Assembly: GCA_949299565.1 (NCBI GenBank)
Contig: OX437086.1
Span: forward strand, 678,919 to 742,918
DNA from: an uncultured Bacillota bacterium
Lineage (GTDB): Bacteria > Bacillota_I > Bacilli_A > RFN20 > CAG-826
Length of the DNA stretch: 64,000 nucleotides
Reading direction: 5' to 3'
Positions 51,174 through 60,972 of the stretch are shown piece after piece. Made by a program: the position numbers and the translations under genes. Every line of letters begins with the position of its first letter. The stretch's first letter is position 1. The notes beneath the pieces are model-generated. The model searched no databases. It was not told where the DNA came from and saw only the letters and a program-made list of their open reading frames with translations.

Positions 51174-51700
51174 TTCGCTTCCTCCTTTAGAGTCAGCAAA
51201 ATTTCCTCATTTAATTCTTTTTCCTTTTTCTTAAGACGTCTAAAGATTACAAATGATGCAATGTAAGGAACGAACGCAATCAAATGAAACACAAGCGCGA
51301 TGATGTATGTAGTTAAGCTGACAGATCCCTGCATCGGGAGCAAAAGGAAAAGTCCGTAGATAAAATCAAGAGCATAAAGAGAAAAACTAGCGATCAAAAA
51401 ACGGATTTGTCCTTTCGCCGCTTTTAAAAGGCAAAAACATGAAAAAAGCAAGATGACAATCGCGATTGCCAAAGAAGAAATAACGGCAACCGCTCCATAA
51501 CTGAAGCCATCGCTTTCATAGGCTAAAAGAGTGATTGTTCTCGCGATATTCCAAGAGAAAGACAAATCATATTCAGCCCATAAAAAAGCCAAAATGGCCG
51601 AAAGAACGCCGACCACCGGAGCAATGAGCGTAAAAATCAAACTTTTTTGGTAAAAAGCAAGTCCTTTGCCAAGGATTGCCATCGCTTCATCTTTTTTCAT
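51170..51700 (-). CDS. Hypothetical 4-TM membrane protein
   Basis: 176-aa hydrophobic ORF tightly coupled between asp23 and nusB. Confidence 0.75.
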   Translation of the reverse strand: MKKDEAMAILGKGLAFYQKSLIFTLIAPVVGVLSAILAFLWAEYDLSFSWNIARTITLLAYESDGFSYGAVAVISSLAIAIVILLFSCFCLLKAAKGQIRFLIASFSLYALDFIYGLFLLLPMQGSVSLTTYIIALVFHLIAFVPYIASFVIFRRLKKKEKELNEEILLTLKEEAK

Positions 51701-51701
51701 T

Positions 51702-52055
51702 TTATTTGACCGCTACAACCTTGACGTCGATTGAAAAAGGCACCGTCTCACAAGCGCTAGAGACGGCTTTAGCCACTGCCTCTTGAATTTTTAGGCATGC
51801 ATCTCTAACCGAAAGAAGCGGATTGTTTTTAATTGTGACGTCTAAATGCAGTTCAATCCGTCCGTCTTTTCGAAAATAAGCTTTGACTGGATGTTCAAGC
51901 AAAAACAAGCGGTTGCGTTCTCCTTGCGGCGTCACTTGTACATCCTTAACCGTACAAGCAGCAATCGCCGCCAAAGTCTCAATGGCATGACGAGCAATTC
52001 CCATATTGCCGTTGTTTTTATAGTTGTTTATGTAGTAATAACCGCTTCGAGACAT
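51702..52055 (-). CDS. Asp23/Gls24 family protein (YqhY-like)
   Basis: G.MGIA..AIETLA, IQEAV, IDVKV; upstream of nusB as in Bacilli. Confidence 0.8.
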   Translation of the reverse strand: MSRSGYYYINNYKNNGNMGIARHAIETLAAIAACTVKDVQVTPQGERNRLFLLEHPVKAYFRKDGRIELHLDVTIKNNPLLSVRDACLKIQEAVAKAVSSACETVPFSIDVKVVAVK

Positions 52056-52098
52056 CGCGCCTATTTTACCTTCTCTTTAACTATCCATCAACAAGGCT

Positions 52099-54063
52099 TC
52101 AAGCAATAAGCGTCTTAATTCTCGTGTAAAGGCTTTCTTCATCGAATTTATACGCACTGATGACGTCTTTTTCAGGACCCGAGGCACCAAAGTCATCAAT
52201 TCCTAAATTGATCGATGCGTATTTCCCCCAGCCGAAAGTCGAAAGCATCTCCAATGAAATGCGTTTCTCGTGCGGGAGACGCAAAATCGAGTCTTGATAA
52301 TCTTTATCCATCTTGTTAAACAGTTCGAAAGACGGAACTGAGACGACATCGAGTTCGTAACCGTCTTTGGCTAAACGATCAGCGATATTTAAAGCGATAT
52401 GCAGTTCGCTTCCGCTGGCCAAAAGCTGATAGCAAGGATTATGCGCTTTATGTACGAAATAAGCGCCTTTTGAAACTCCTTCTTCTAAAGTATTTGCAAG
52501 AAGCGGGAGGTTTTGTCTTGTCAAAATAATCGCTGTTGCATGATCTTTGGCAGTTAATGCCTCTTTATACGCTCCTAACACCTCGCGCGCGTCCCCTGGA
52601 CGGAAAGTCACGAAATTCGGAAGGCTTCTAAGCATCGCCAATTGCTCGATTGGCTGATGAGTCGGACCATCTTCGCCAACCGCCAATGAGTCGTGACTGA
52701 AAAGCCAAAGAGCCGGAACTTTTTCTAAAGCACCAAGGCGGAGAGCGGCTTTCAAATAATCAGCAAAAACAAGGAAAGTTCCGCCGAAACTCAATAATCC
52801 GCCATGCATCATGATTCCGTTTTGCGCAGCGCCCATCAAAAATTCTCTAACCCCATAAGGAAGCATTTGTCCTTCAAGAGTTTCCGGCGTGAAATATCGA
52901 TGGCTTGGGAGAACCGTTTTTAAAGAGGAGGCAACATCGGCAGCCCCGCCGAGAAGAGCTTGCTCTTTTTCAGAAATCAAAGAAAGAATACGGCCGGATG
53001 TTGAGCGACCGGCTTCTTCTGGAAGCAACTTAAATCCCTCCAAGGCTTTAAGGGCATTTGAGAAATTACGATTGTTTCTCTCTAAAAAGTCATGATAAGC
53101 CTCTGGATATTTTTTGGCATATTCAAGGATATCTTTCTCGTAAAGAAGATAACTCTCGCTTCCGCGCTCTAAAAGACGATGTGCATCGTTATAAGCTTCA
53201 TCTTCGACTTTAAACGGCTCGAGCGAAAGACCGAAAAACTTCTTTGCTTCGTCGCCTTTTTCGCTTCCTAACGGCGTTCCGTGCGCCTTATTTGAACCTT
53301 CATACGCACTTCCATAACCAATGCGTGAATGAACGATAATTAGATGCGGCTTCCCTTCTTCCTTTTGGGCCTTTTTGAAAGCGGATCTCAACGCTTCAAT
53401 ATCGTTCGCATCCAAAACTTCTTGGACATCCCAATTAGCTGCCTGGAAACGCTGAGCTTGATTTTCAGACATCGAAAGAGGCGTTAATCCGTCTAACGTC
53501 GAACCATTCGCGTCATAAATGACGATGAGGCGGTCAAGCTTTTCAAGTCCAGCAAACGAAAGCGCCTCTTGCGAAACGCCTTCCTCAAGACATCCGTCGC
53601 CGACTAAGCAATAAGTTTTATGGGAGCAGAGACGTTCCCCCTCCGGATAAAGATGACGCACCTTTCTTTCTGCCAAAGCGAAACCAATAGCTTGCGCAAA
53701 TCCTTGGCCGAGAGGACCGCTTGAAGCATCGACTCCAGGCGTCACTCCGATTTCTGGATGCCCAGGTGTTTTTGAACCTAATTGACGGAAGGATCTTAAA
53801 TCTTCCAGTGAGACATCATATCCAGTCAAATGAAGAAGCGCATAAAGAAGCGCGGAGACATGACCGCTCGACAAAATGAAACGATCGCGGTTGTACCATT
53901 CAGGATGAAGCGGATCAGCTTTCAAGAAATCGCGATAGAGGACATAGAGAGCAGGAGCGATATCTAATGCCATCCCCGGATGTCCGCTTTTTGCTTGATT
54001 CGTTTCGTCGATTACGAGTCCACGAAGTGATGCAATCGCTTTTGTAATACCTTTGCTTTCCAT
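52099..54063 (-). CDS. tkt: Transketolase
   Basis: SGHPG, NRDRFILSSGH, GHPE, GPLGQG, GDGCLEEG, GEDGPTHQP. Confidence 0.98.
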   Translation of the reverse strand: MESKGITKAIASLRGLVIDETNQAKSGHPGMALDIAPALYVLYRDFLKADPLHPEWYNRDRFILSSGHVSALLYALLHLTGYDVSLEDLRSFRQLGSKTPGHPEIGVTPGVDASSGPLGQGFAQAIGFALAERKVRHLYPEGERLCSHKTYCLVGDGCLEEGVSQEALSFAGLEKLDRLIVIYDANGSTLDGLTPLSMSENQAQRFQAANWDVQEVLDANDIEALRSAFKKAQKEEGKPHLIIVHSRIGYGSAYEGSNKAHGTPLGSEKGDEAKKFFGLSLEPFKVEDEAYNDAHRLLERGSESYLLYEKDILEYAKKYPEAYHDFLERNNRNFSNALKALEGFKLLPEEAGRSTSGRILSLISEKEQALLGGAADVASSLKTVLPSHRYFTPETLEGQMLPYGVREFLMGAAQNGIMMHGGLLSFGGTFLVFADYLKAALRLGALEKVPALWLFSHDSLAVGEDGPTHQPIEQLAMLRSLPNFVTFRPGDAREVLGAYKEALTAKDHATAIILTRQNLPLLANTLEEGVSKGAYFVHKAHNPCYQLLASGSELHIALNIADRLAKDGYELDVVSVPSFELFNKMDKDYQDSILRLPHEKRISLEMLSTFGWGKYASINLGIDDFGASGPEKDVISAYKFDEESLYTRIKTLIA

Positions 54064-54122
54064 AAAACCTCCAGTTTGTTTCTAGTTATTTATTAGTATA
54101 TCCATACTACAAAGTAGTATGA

Positions 54123-55865
54123 CTACTCATTTAAAATACCAATGCCTAAATCCTTGAGTGCTTGAGGATCAACCGCTCCAGGCGCCTTGCTCATCGGGTC
54201 AGAAGCCGTTAAATTCTTCGGAAAGGCAATCACGTCTTTGATGTTTTCGGTTCCAGTCAGAATCATCGCCAAACGATCAAGTCCTAAAGCGAAACCGCCA
54301 TGAGGAGGCGTGCCATATCTAAAAGCCTTAAGGAACCAGCCGAAACGGCGCTGGACCTCTTCTTCGTCTAAACCTAGAAGACGGAAAATCTTGTCCTGTA
54401 ACTCTTCTTGATAAATTCTAAGAGTTCCGCCTCCAGCTTCATAACCATCGATTACAATGTCATAAGCGTACGCGAGAACTCGCGATGGATCGTTATCGAG
54501 GTATTTTAAGTCTTCGTCGCGCGGACGCGTGAAAGGATGATGTTCAGCTTTCCACTTCTGTTTGCCGTCTTCGAAGACGGGATCGAACATCGGGAAATCT
54601 GTAATCCAAAGAACCGCGTGCTTATTTTTGTCATAAAGATGCTGTTCGCGAGCCCAATAAGTTCTGACAGCGCCTAACCCAAAGGAAATTGTTCTTCGAT
54701 CATCGTGCGCTCCGATGATCAATAAATCGTTTTCTTGAATTCCTCTAGCGAGAAGTTTTTCGCCTAGAGACGGAGTGACGATTTTTCCTAATGTTCCTTC
54801 AAAATGTTGATCGATGTATTTGAGAGTATATAGATGCTCTAAGCCGAGTTTTTTGCTTTCGTTTTCGAGTTTTTCAAGAAGTTTGCGCGATAATAAGTGC
54901 GCCCCATCTTTAATTTTCAAACCGCGAATGTAAGTTTTTTGAACGAAAGGCGGGAAATCGATTCCAGCAAAAACATCACGATAATCTTCAATCAATAATT
55001 CATAACGAAGATCAGGTTTATCACTCCCATAACGATCGAGCGCTTCCCAATAAGGCAAACGATAAAAAGGTCTTTCCAAATCGATATTTAAAATCTTTTT
55101 GAAGAGTCCGGCGATAAATCGTTCGCCGATATCTAAAATTTCTTCTTGGTTGAGGAACGAAGCCTCAACGTCAATCTGCGTGAATTCCGGTTGTCGATCG
55201 CTTCTCAAGTCTTCATCGCGGAAGCATTTAGCAATTTGATAATAGCGTTCTAAGCCGCCGATCATTAAGAGTTGTTTAAATAATTGAGGAGATTGCGGAA
55301 GAGCATAGAAAGAGCCATGATGCAAGCGCGACGGCACCAAGTAGTCGCGTGCTCCTTCTGGCGTTGCGAGATTTAAAATCGGGGTTTCAATTTCCCAAAA
55401 GCCCTCGTTATCAAAAAATTCGTGAGCGTATTTAATAATCTCAGCGCGTGTTTTTAGACGCTTTTGGAGGATTGGACGTCTTAAATCTAAATAACGGCTT
55501 TCAAGGCGCGTGTCTTCTAAAGCGTCAGTTTCATCTTGAATTAAAAAAGGCGTTGTTTCAGCGTGATTAAGAACCTTAAGTTCCGCTACTTCGATCTCAA
55601 AAGCGCCCGTTGCGAGTTTGGGGTTTGCTTCTGAGCGGAGACGAACGACGCCGGTGACGGCAATCACCCATTCGTTTCTTAAATCGGCATTCAAAGTTTT
55701 TTCATTCATCGTCAATTGAATGATGCCGCTGCGATCTCTCAGATCCAAAAAAGCAATCGCGCCGTGTCGCCGGAAACGTGAAACCCAACCGGCAACTCGA
55801 ACTTTCTTTCCAAGATCGGAAGATTTTATTTCACCACACCAGTGGTCACGCAATTCAGTGTTCAT
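54123..55865 (-). CDS. aspS: Aspartate--tRNA ligase
   Basis: TPEGARDY, LPQSPQ, FRDEDLR, PPHGG.ALGLDR; start reassigned to MNTELR. Confidence 0.98.
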   Translation of the reverse strand: MNTELRDHWCGEIKSSDLGKKVRVAGWVSRFRRHGAIAFLDLRDRSGIIQLTMNEKTLNADLRNEWVIAVTGVVRLRSEANPKLATGAFEIEVAELKVLNHAETTPFLIQDETDALEDTRLESRYLDLRRPILQKRLKTRAEIIKYAHEFFDNEGFWEIETPILNLATPEGARDYLVPSRLHHGSFYALPQSPQLFKQLLMIGGLERYYQIAKCFRDEDLRSDRQPEFTQIDVEASFLNQEEILDIGERFIAGLFKKILNIDLERPFYRLPYWEALDRYGSDKPDLRYELLIEDYRDVFAGIDFPPFVQKTYIRGLKIKDGAHLLSRKLLEKLENESKKLGLEHLYTLKYIDQHFEGTLGKIVTPSLGEKLLARGIQENDLLIIGAHDDRRTISFGLGAVRTYWAREQHLYDKNKHAVLWITDFPMFDPVFEDGKQKWKAEHHPFTRPRDEDLKYLDNDPSRVLAYAYDIVIDGYEAGGGTLRIYQEELQDKIFRLLGLDEEEVQRRFGWFLKAFRYGTPPHGGFALGLDRLAMILTGTENIKDVIAFPKNLTASDPMSKAPGAVDPQALKDLGIGILNE

Positions 55866-57144
55866 GACTCTCCTCCTCATCGAGCAATAAATGATCCAAT
55901 GTTTCTTCTAAATCAGCAAAAGCTATTTCTTTCTGTGTTTGATTTTTCAAATCGCGCAACTGAACCGTTCCATTCTTTAATTCGTTTTCGCCATATATTA
56001 ATCCATAACGAGCCTTGGCTTTTTCAGCTTTTTTGAAAAGCGTCGATAATTTAGTTTCTTCATACGGGAAAAGCGTTGAATAGCCTAAAGCCCGCATCCT
56101 CAAAGCCAAAGACGGAGTTTTCGCCAAAGCCTCTTTCCCAAGCGGGAACAAATACAAATCTAGACTATCGTCAAGATTCGCGAAAAGCCCTTCTTTCTCC
56201 ATCGCGTCCATCACGCGTTCGAGTCCGATGGCAAAGCCGACGCCCGCTAAATCCGGGCCTCCGAGTTCTTTGACCATCTTTCCATAATGTCCGCCTCCGC
56301 CGAGGGCCAAGCGATTTCCTTGATTCTCAACTTGAATTTCAAAAACAACTTCGCCGTAATAATCTAAACCGCGTACCAGCTGTTCATCGATGCGATATTC
56401 AATCCCTTCTTCTTCGAGCACTTTTCTAGCAAGCTCTAAACGCTTTTGACTTTCTTCGCTCAAATAATCGCGAAGTTTCGGCGCTTTGAGTGCCAATTCA
56501 TGATCAGAAGGAACTTTGCAATCAAGCATTCTCAAAGGATTGATTTTGAAGCGCTCATGGCAATCCTCGCACATATTAGGAAGAAGCGGTTCAAAATAAC
56601 TGATTAAAGCTTCACGATATTTCTTCCGCGTTTCCTCGTCTCCTAATGAATTCAAATAAACAATCGGGTGCTCAAAACCGAGCATCGTGAAAGCTTGAAC
56701 AGCCATCAAAATCACTTCAACATCGAGCATTGGATGGTTTAATCCTATCGCTTCAATGCCGAATTGATTGAATTCGCGGTAACGTCCGGCCTGCGGACGT
56801 TCGTAGCGGAAAGCGGGTCCATGATAAAAATAGCGGAGCGGCAAATCGTTTTTCGCATAAAGTTTATTACTGATGATTGCGCGCACAACATCGGCGGTAA
56901 ATTCCGGTCGGAGCGCCAATAAACGTCCGCCTTTATCGTTGAAGGTATACATTTCTTTGCGCACAACATCGCTTCCTTCGCCGGTTCCATGATTAAAAAG
57001 CGAGGCGTGCTCAATGATTGGCAGGCGAATTTCTTGATATCCATATAAAGTCGCGACCGCACTGAAAACACTCTCAACATAAGACATCTTAAGCGCGTCT
57101 TTTCCAATTAAATCGTGAGTTCCTTTAACAGCTTGAATTTCCAT
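55855..57144 (-). CDS. hisS: Histidine--tRNA ligase
   Basis: LRPEFTA, FRYERPQAGR, LVRGLDYY, GFAIGLER. Confidence 0.98.
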   Translation of the reverse strand: MEIQAVKGTHDLIGKDALKMSYVESVFSAVATLYGYQEIRLPIIEHASLFNHGTGEGSDVVRKEMYTFNDKGGRLLALRPEFTADVVRAIISNKLYAKNDLPLRYFYHGPAFRYERPQAGRYREFNQFGIEAIGLNHPMLDVEVILMAVQAFTMLGFEHPIVYLNSLGDEETRKKYREALISYFEPLLPNMCEDCHERFKINPLRMLDCKVPSDHELALKAPKLRDYLSEESQKRLELARKVLEEEGIEYRIDEQLVRGLDYYGEVVFEIQVENQGNRLALGGGGHYGKMVKELGGPDLAGVGFAIGLERVMDAMEKEGLFANLDDSLDLYLFPLGKEALAKTPSLALRMRALGYSTLFPYEETKLSTLFKKAEKAKARYGLIYGENELKNGTVQLRDLKNQTQKEIAFADLEETLDHLLLDEEESHEH

Positions 57145-57152
57145 ATTTTCTC

Positions 57153-59360
57153 CTAGTGAATCAATCTTCGAATGCTGATCAAATTTTTGACCGATTTTAA
57201 GCCAGCGAAGACGTCGTCCAACTGCTTCAAATTTTTAACATAAATCGTCATGTTGATTATATCGTTCATCGTCGTGTTTATTAAATGCGCCCGCAAATCA
57301 GAAACAGGGATTTCGCGGCTTGCTAAATTTTGCAATAAGTCAGCGATCAAGCCCGGTCGGTCTTTTGCGCTTATTTCAATAGCGACAGGATAGGTGCTTT
57401 CTCCTAATTCATGTTCCCATTCGACATGGAGGAGACGCGAACCGGCGGCCCGCACATTTGGGCAAGAAGCCCGGTGGACGGTAATGCCTTTCCCCTTCGA
57501 TACATAACCGATGATTTCGTCCCCTGGAATCGGCGAGCAGCAATGAGCCAATTTCAAGGCAAGATTTTCGCCGTTCGTGAGGTAAATCGGGCTCTTTCCC
57601 GATTTTTTTGCCCGGCCGTCTAATTTATATTCTTTTTTGCGCAATCGCAAATAGCCGGTAATAGAAAAAGTGCTGATTTGGCGGTTATTGATCGCTTCAT
57701 ATAAATGCGCGAGATCATTCATGTGAAAATGATCAAGAAGAGTTGGTTTTGAAAGCATTTCTTCCATCTTTTCTTCGTCCACGCCGACTTCTTTAAAAGC
57801 GTTGATGAGGAGGTTTTTGCCTTTTTGAATGTTGCTTTCTTTTTCTTCAAGAGATTCCTTCTTCTGGAGGAATTTGCGAATATGATTTTTGGCACTCGAA
57901 GTTTTGGCGATCTCTAACCAATCGCGATTAGGCCCCGGCGAAGTTTTGCTCGTTTTGATTTCGCAAAGATCACCGGTTTTTAATTCGGTGGAAAGCGGCA
58001 CGAGGACACCGTTGACGATTGCCCCTACGGCTTTCTCGCCGACCTTCGTATGAATTTTATAAGCAAAATCGAGCGTTGTTGAACCGGTAGGCAGTTCGAT
58101 AACTTTCCCAAGAGGCGTGAAAACGTAAACGTTCGCATTGAAAATATCGTGCGATAAAGCGGCTACATAATCTTTAGCGTCTCCCGATTGTTCACCGCTC
58201 ATCGAAACGAAATCACGGAACCAGTGAAGCTTTTCTTCAATATCGCGCTGCTCCTCTTTTGGATTATAATTTTCGCCATCTTTATAACGCCAATGAGCGG
58301 CAATTCCGCTTTCAGCGATTTGATCCATTTCTTCAGTTCTAATCTGAACTTCATAGAAATTCCCGTCGCCGGAAACAATCGTCGTGTGAAGCGATTGATA
58401 CATATTAGGTTTAGGCATCGCGATATAGTCTTTAAAACGACCGGGAACCGGCTTATACGTCGCGTGGATGATTCCTAAAATTTCATAGCAATTAAGTTCG
58501 GTTTTGGTGATGACGCGCACCGCTAGAACATCATATATTTCATCGAAAGAATAGCCTTTTTGGTACATCTTTCGATAAATCGAGAAAATACTCTTAACGC
58601 GCGATTCCATGCGGCAAGGAATGTGATGCTCAAAAAGAATATCAGCGATCCGCTTCTTTAAATTTTGGAGCGATTCTTGCCGATTGTTTTCTTTTTCATC
58701 GAGCAAATGAAGGATTTTACGATATTTATCGGGTTCGAGATATTTAAGCGAGAGATCCTCCATTTCAGATTGCATCGTATAAATTCCAAGACGATGGGCA
58801 ATCGGCGTAAAAACATCGAGCGTCTCTTTAGCGATCGCTTTTTGTCTTTCAGGCGATAAAGCTTCTAATGTTCTTAAATTATGGAGCCGATCTGCAAGTT
58901 TCACGAGAATTACGCGGACATCGCGAGCCATTCCTAAAAAGATTTTTCGGTGGTCTTCAGCTTCAAAGTCTTGCTCGGTGCGATGGGAAAGTTTCATGCG
59001 TTGAATCTTTGTCAAAGCATCAACGATGCAAGCGACATCGCTTCCAAACCGCTCTTTGATTTCTTCAATCGTCAAATCGGTGTCTTCAACCGTATCATGC
59101 AAAAGCGCGCTTATAAGAGTTGCGGGACCGCTTGTTAATTCCGCTAAAATATAGGCAACTTCAATCGGGTGTTGAATATAGGGTTCGCCGGTTTTACGGA
59201 GAACGCCTTTATGTTTCTCGCTTGCCAATTCATACGCTTCTTCGATTTTTTTGCGATCGAGTGGATTATGGATATAGGTGTAATAAAGATCTTTTAAATC
59301 TTCAAAGCTATGCATCGGATAGCCGCCGTTTTGTTTTAAATTGACTATATCCTTTTCCAT
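57153..59360 (-). CDS. relA: Bifunctional (p)ppGpp synthetase/hydrolase Rel
   Basis: HDTVED hydrolase; YQSLHT and EVQIRT synthetase; TGS; CC zinc finger; ACT. Confidence 0.97.
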   Translation of the reverse strand: MEKDIVNLKQNGGYPMHSFEDLKDLYYTYIHNPLDRKKIEEAYELASEKHKGVLRKTGEPYIQHPIEVAYILAELTSGPATLISALLHDTVEDTDLTIEEIKERFGSDVACIVDALTKIQRMKLSHRTEQDFEAEDHRKIFLGMARDVRVILVKLADRLHNLRTLEALSPERQKAIAKETLDVFTPIAHRLGIYTMQSEMEDLSLKYLEPDKYRKILHLLDEKENNRQESLQNLKKRIADILFEHHIPCRMESRVKSIFSIYRKMYQKGYSFDEIYDVLAVRVITKTELNCYEILGIIHATYKPVPGRFKDYIAMPKPNMYQSLHTTIVSGDGNFYEVQIRTEEMDQIAESGIAAHWRYKDGENYNPKEEQRDIEEKLHWFRDFVSMSGEQSGDAKDYVAALSHDIFNANVYVFTPLGKVIELPTGSTTLDFAYKIHTKVGEKAVGAIVNGVLVPLSTELKTGDLCEIKTSKTSPGPNRDWLEIAKTSSAKNHIRKFLQKKESLEEKESNIQKGKNLLINAFKEVGVDEEKMEEMLSKPTLLDHFHMNDLAHLYEAINNRQISTFSITGYLRLRKKEYKLDGRAKKSGKSPIYLTNGENLALKLAHCCSPIPGDEIIGYVSKGKGITVHRASCPNVRAAGSRLLHVEWEHELGESTYPVAIEISAKDRPGLIADLLQNLASREIPVSDLRAHLINTTMNDIINMTIYVKNLKQLDDVFAGLKSVKNLISIRRLIH

Positions 59361-59368
59361 CGTCTTGC

Positions 59369-59379
59369 ATTATAGCACA
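59369..59379 (-). promoter_or_regulatory. Extended -10 promoter of rel
   Basis: TGTGCTATAAT on the minus strand, 8 nt before the ATG. Confidence 0.65.
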
Positions 59380-59412
59380 CGTCCGAGAAAAGACGGATAA
59401 GCACTGATTGTT

Positions 59413-60972
59413 TTATCTTTTCCCTAGAACTAAAAATTCTTTTTTACGGCTATTTTGATAATCGTTGAGACGAAATTCGCCATATAATTCAACTTTCTCC
59501 CCTTCATGAAAATTTTTCTCGCCAAGAGTGAAGGAAAAAAGCGTCAGACCGTTAGAAATGCTCGTCAACAAAAAGCGTCCGTCGCGCGTGAATGATAATT
59601 CCTCAACTTCAATTTTTTCAAGAAGAAAGATTGGAGACGGAAAACCTTGGCCATAAGGTTCTAAACGCAAAACAAGCTCGGCATTTTCTTCATTGATTTC
59701 ATCGAAGAAAAGAGGACAGTATTTATTTTTTTCATCAACTGTTGATGGCTGGAAGCGCTTCTTTAGAGCATAAGCGATAAATTCTTTTCGAAATCTTAAA
59801 AAATCTTCTTCCTTGATGCTAAGCCCCGCTGCATGTTGATGGCCGCCGTAAGAAAGAGGCGTAAAACTTAACGAATCGATTATTTCCCGGCAATCAAAAC
59901 CAGAAGGAACGCGCATGGAACCGACTAAAGATCCTTGATGAAGGTTTGAACGGGCAAAGACCGCGACGGGTTTTTCTTTTTTTTGCAAAATAGCGTTCGC
60001 GATTAAGCCGTTAAGCCCTTCTTTTCCATCAAAAACATAAGCGTACGCCACATCATCGTCTCGAAGAGAAAAACTATTCGTCGCCTCTTTCGTCAGCTCC
60101 TTGCGCTTATTGTTGATGTTTTTAAAACAAGTCGCTAAAGCTTTTTGTTCTTTAAGATCATCGCTTGCAAAATAACGGACAAGGCGATTAGTTTGATGCC
60201 CTTCTTCCAATCGTCCGACCGCGTTAATCGAGGGAATTACTTTCAAAGAAAAGTTTTTATAATTCGCTTCGCTTCCGTCTAAAAGAAGCGAAAGAGAAGG
60301 AAAATTGTATTTTTTCTGATATTTTTCAAGCAGTTGAACGATGATGCGATTATGCTCTTTTAATTCCATCATATCGCTCAATGTCGAAAGTCCGCCAAGC
60401 GCTATAAGATATGGATCATCATTCTTCAAAAGAGCAGAGGCAAAAAGCGATGAAAGATAGCCAGCAGAAACGCTTGGGGCCGGATAGTTTAAGGTAAAAG
60501 GATGAATGAGAGCCTCAAGAGGAGGGATCTCTGCATTTAGACTGTGATGATCGATAGCCATGGCGCGAATCCCTAATTCTTTCGCCCTTCTTAAAGGAGA
60601 AAAGCAACTGACGCCATTATCGACAAGAAAAATGTAACGAAATCCAGCGCTCGCGATTTTCTCTAAGTTTTGATCGTTGAGGCCATAGCCATCTAAATAA
60701 CGGGACGGCAGATAAAAACTAACGTCTAATCCGTATTTTTTAAGCGCTAAATAGATGATTGAAGTCGCCATCGCACCATCACAATCATAATCTCCGTAAA
60801 TAAGAACTTTTGCCCCTTCATTGCGCGCGTCATTTAAAAAAGCAATCGCCTTTTGGCATTCTTCGTTTTCTTCAAAATGTGGAAGCAAAAAAGGAGAAGG
60901 CTCTCGGCACAACTTCCGATAAGCCTCCTCATCAATCTTTAAATAATCGAAGAGACGTTCACGAAACGTCAT
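59413..60972 (-). CDS. recJ: ssDNA exonuclease RecJ (DHH family)
   Basis: YGDYDCDG, DGYGL, VDNG, IDHH, GS.R, GGH..AAG, LEPYGQG. Confidence 0.92.
   Translation of the reverse strand: MTFRERLFDYLKIDEEAYRKLCREPSPFLLPHFEENEECQKAIAFLNDARNEGAKVLIYGDYDCDGAMATSIIYLALKKYGLDVSFYLPSRYLDGYGLNDQNLEKIASAGFRYIFLVDNGVSCFSPLRRAKELGIRAMAIDHHSLNAEIPPLEALIHPFTLNYPAPSVSAGYLSSLFASALLKNDDPYLIALGGLSTLSDMMELKEHNRIIVQLLEKYQKKYNFPSLSLLLDGSEANYKNFSLKVIPSINAVGRLEEGHQTNRLVRYFASDDLKEQKALATCFKNINNKRKELTKEATNSFSLRDDDVAYAYVFDGKEGLNGLIANAILQKKEKPVAVFARSNLHQGSLVGSMRVPSGFDCREIIDSLSFTPLSYGGHQHAAGLSIKEEDFLRFRKEFIAYALKKRFQPSTVDEKNKYCPLFFDEINEENAELVLRLEPYGQGFPSPIFLLEKIEVEELSFTRDGRFLLTSISNGLTLFSFTLGEKNFHEGEKVELYGEFRLNDYQNSRKKEFLVLGKR

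Noticed and set aside
54064..54122. 6S RNA downstream of aspS as in B. subtilis
   Set aside because: Only 59 nt of intergenic space
54123..55865. Calling AspRS non-discriminating from the RRHG motif
   Set aside because: The second diagnostic loop is shortened and ambiguous; needs alignment and asnS/gatCAB data
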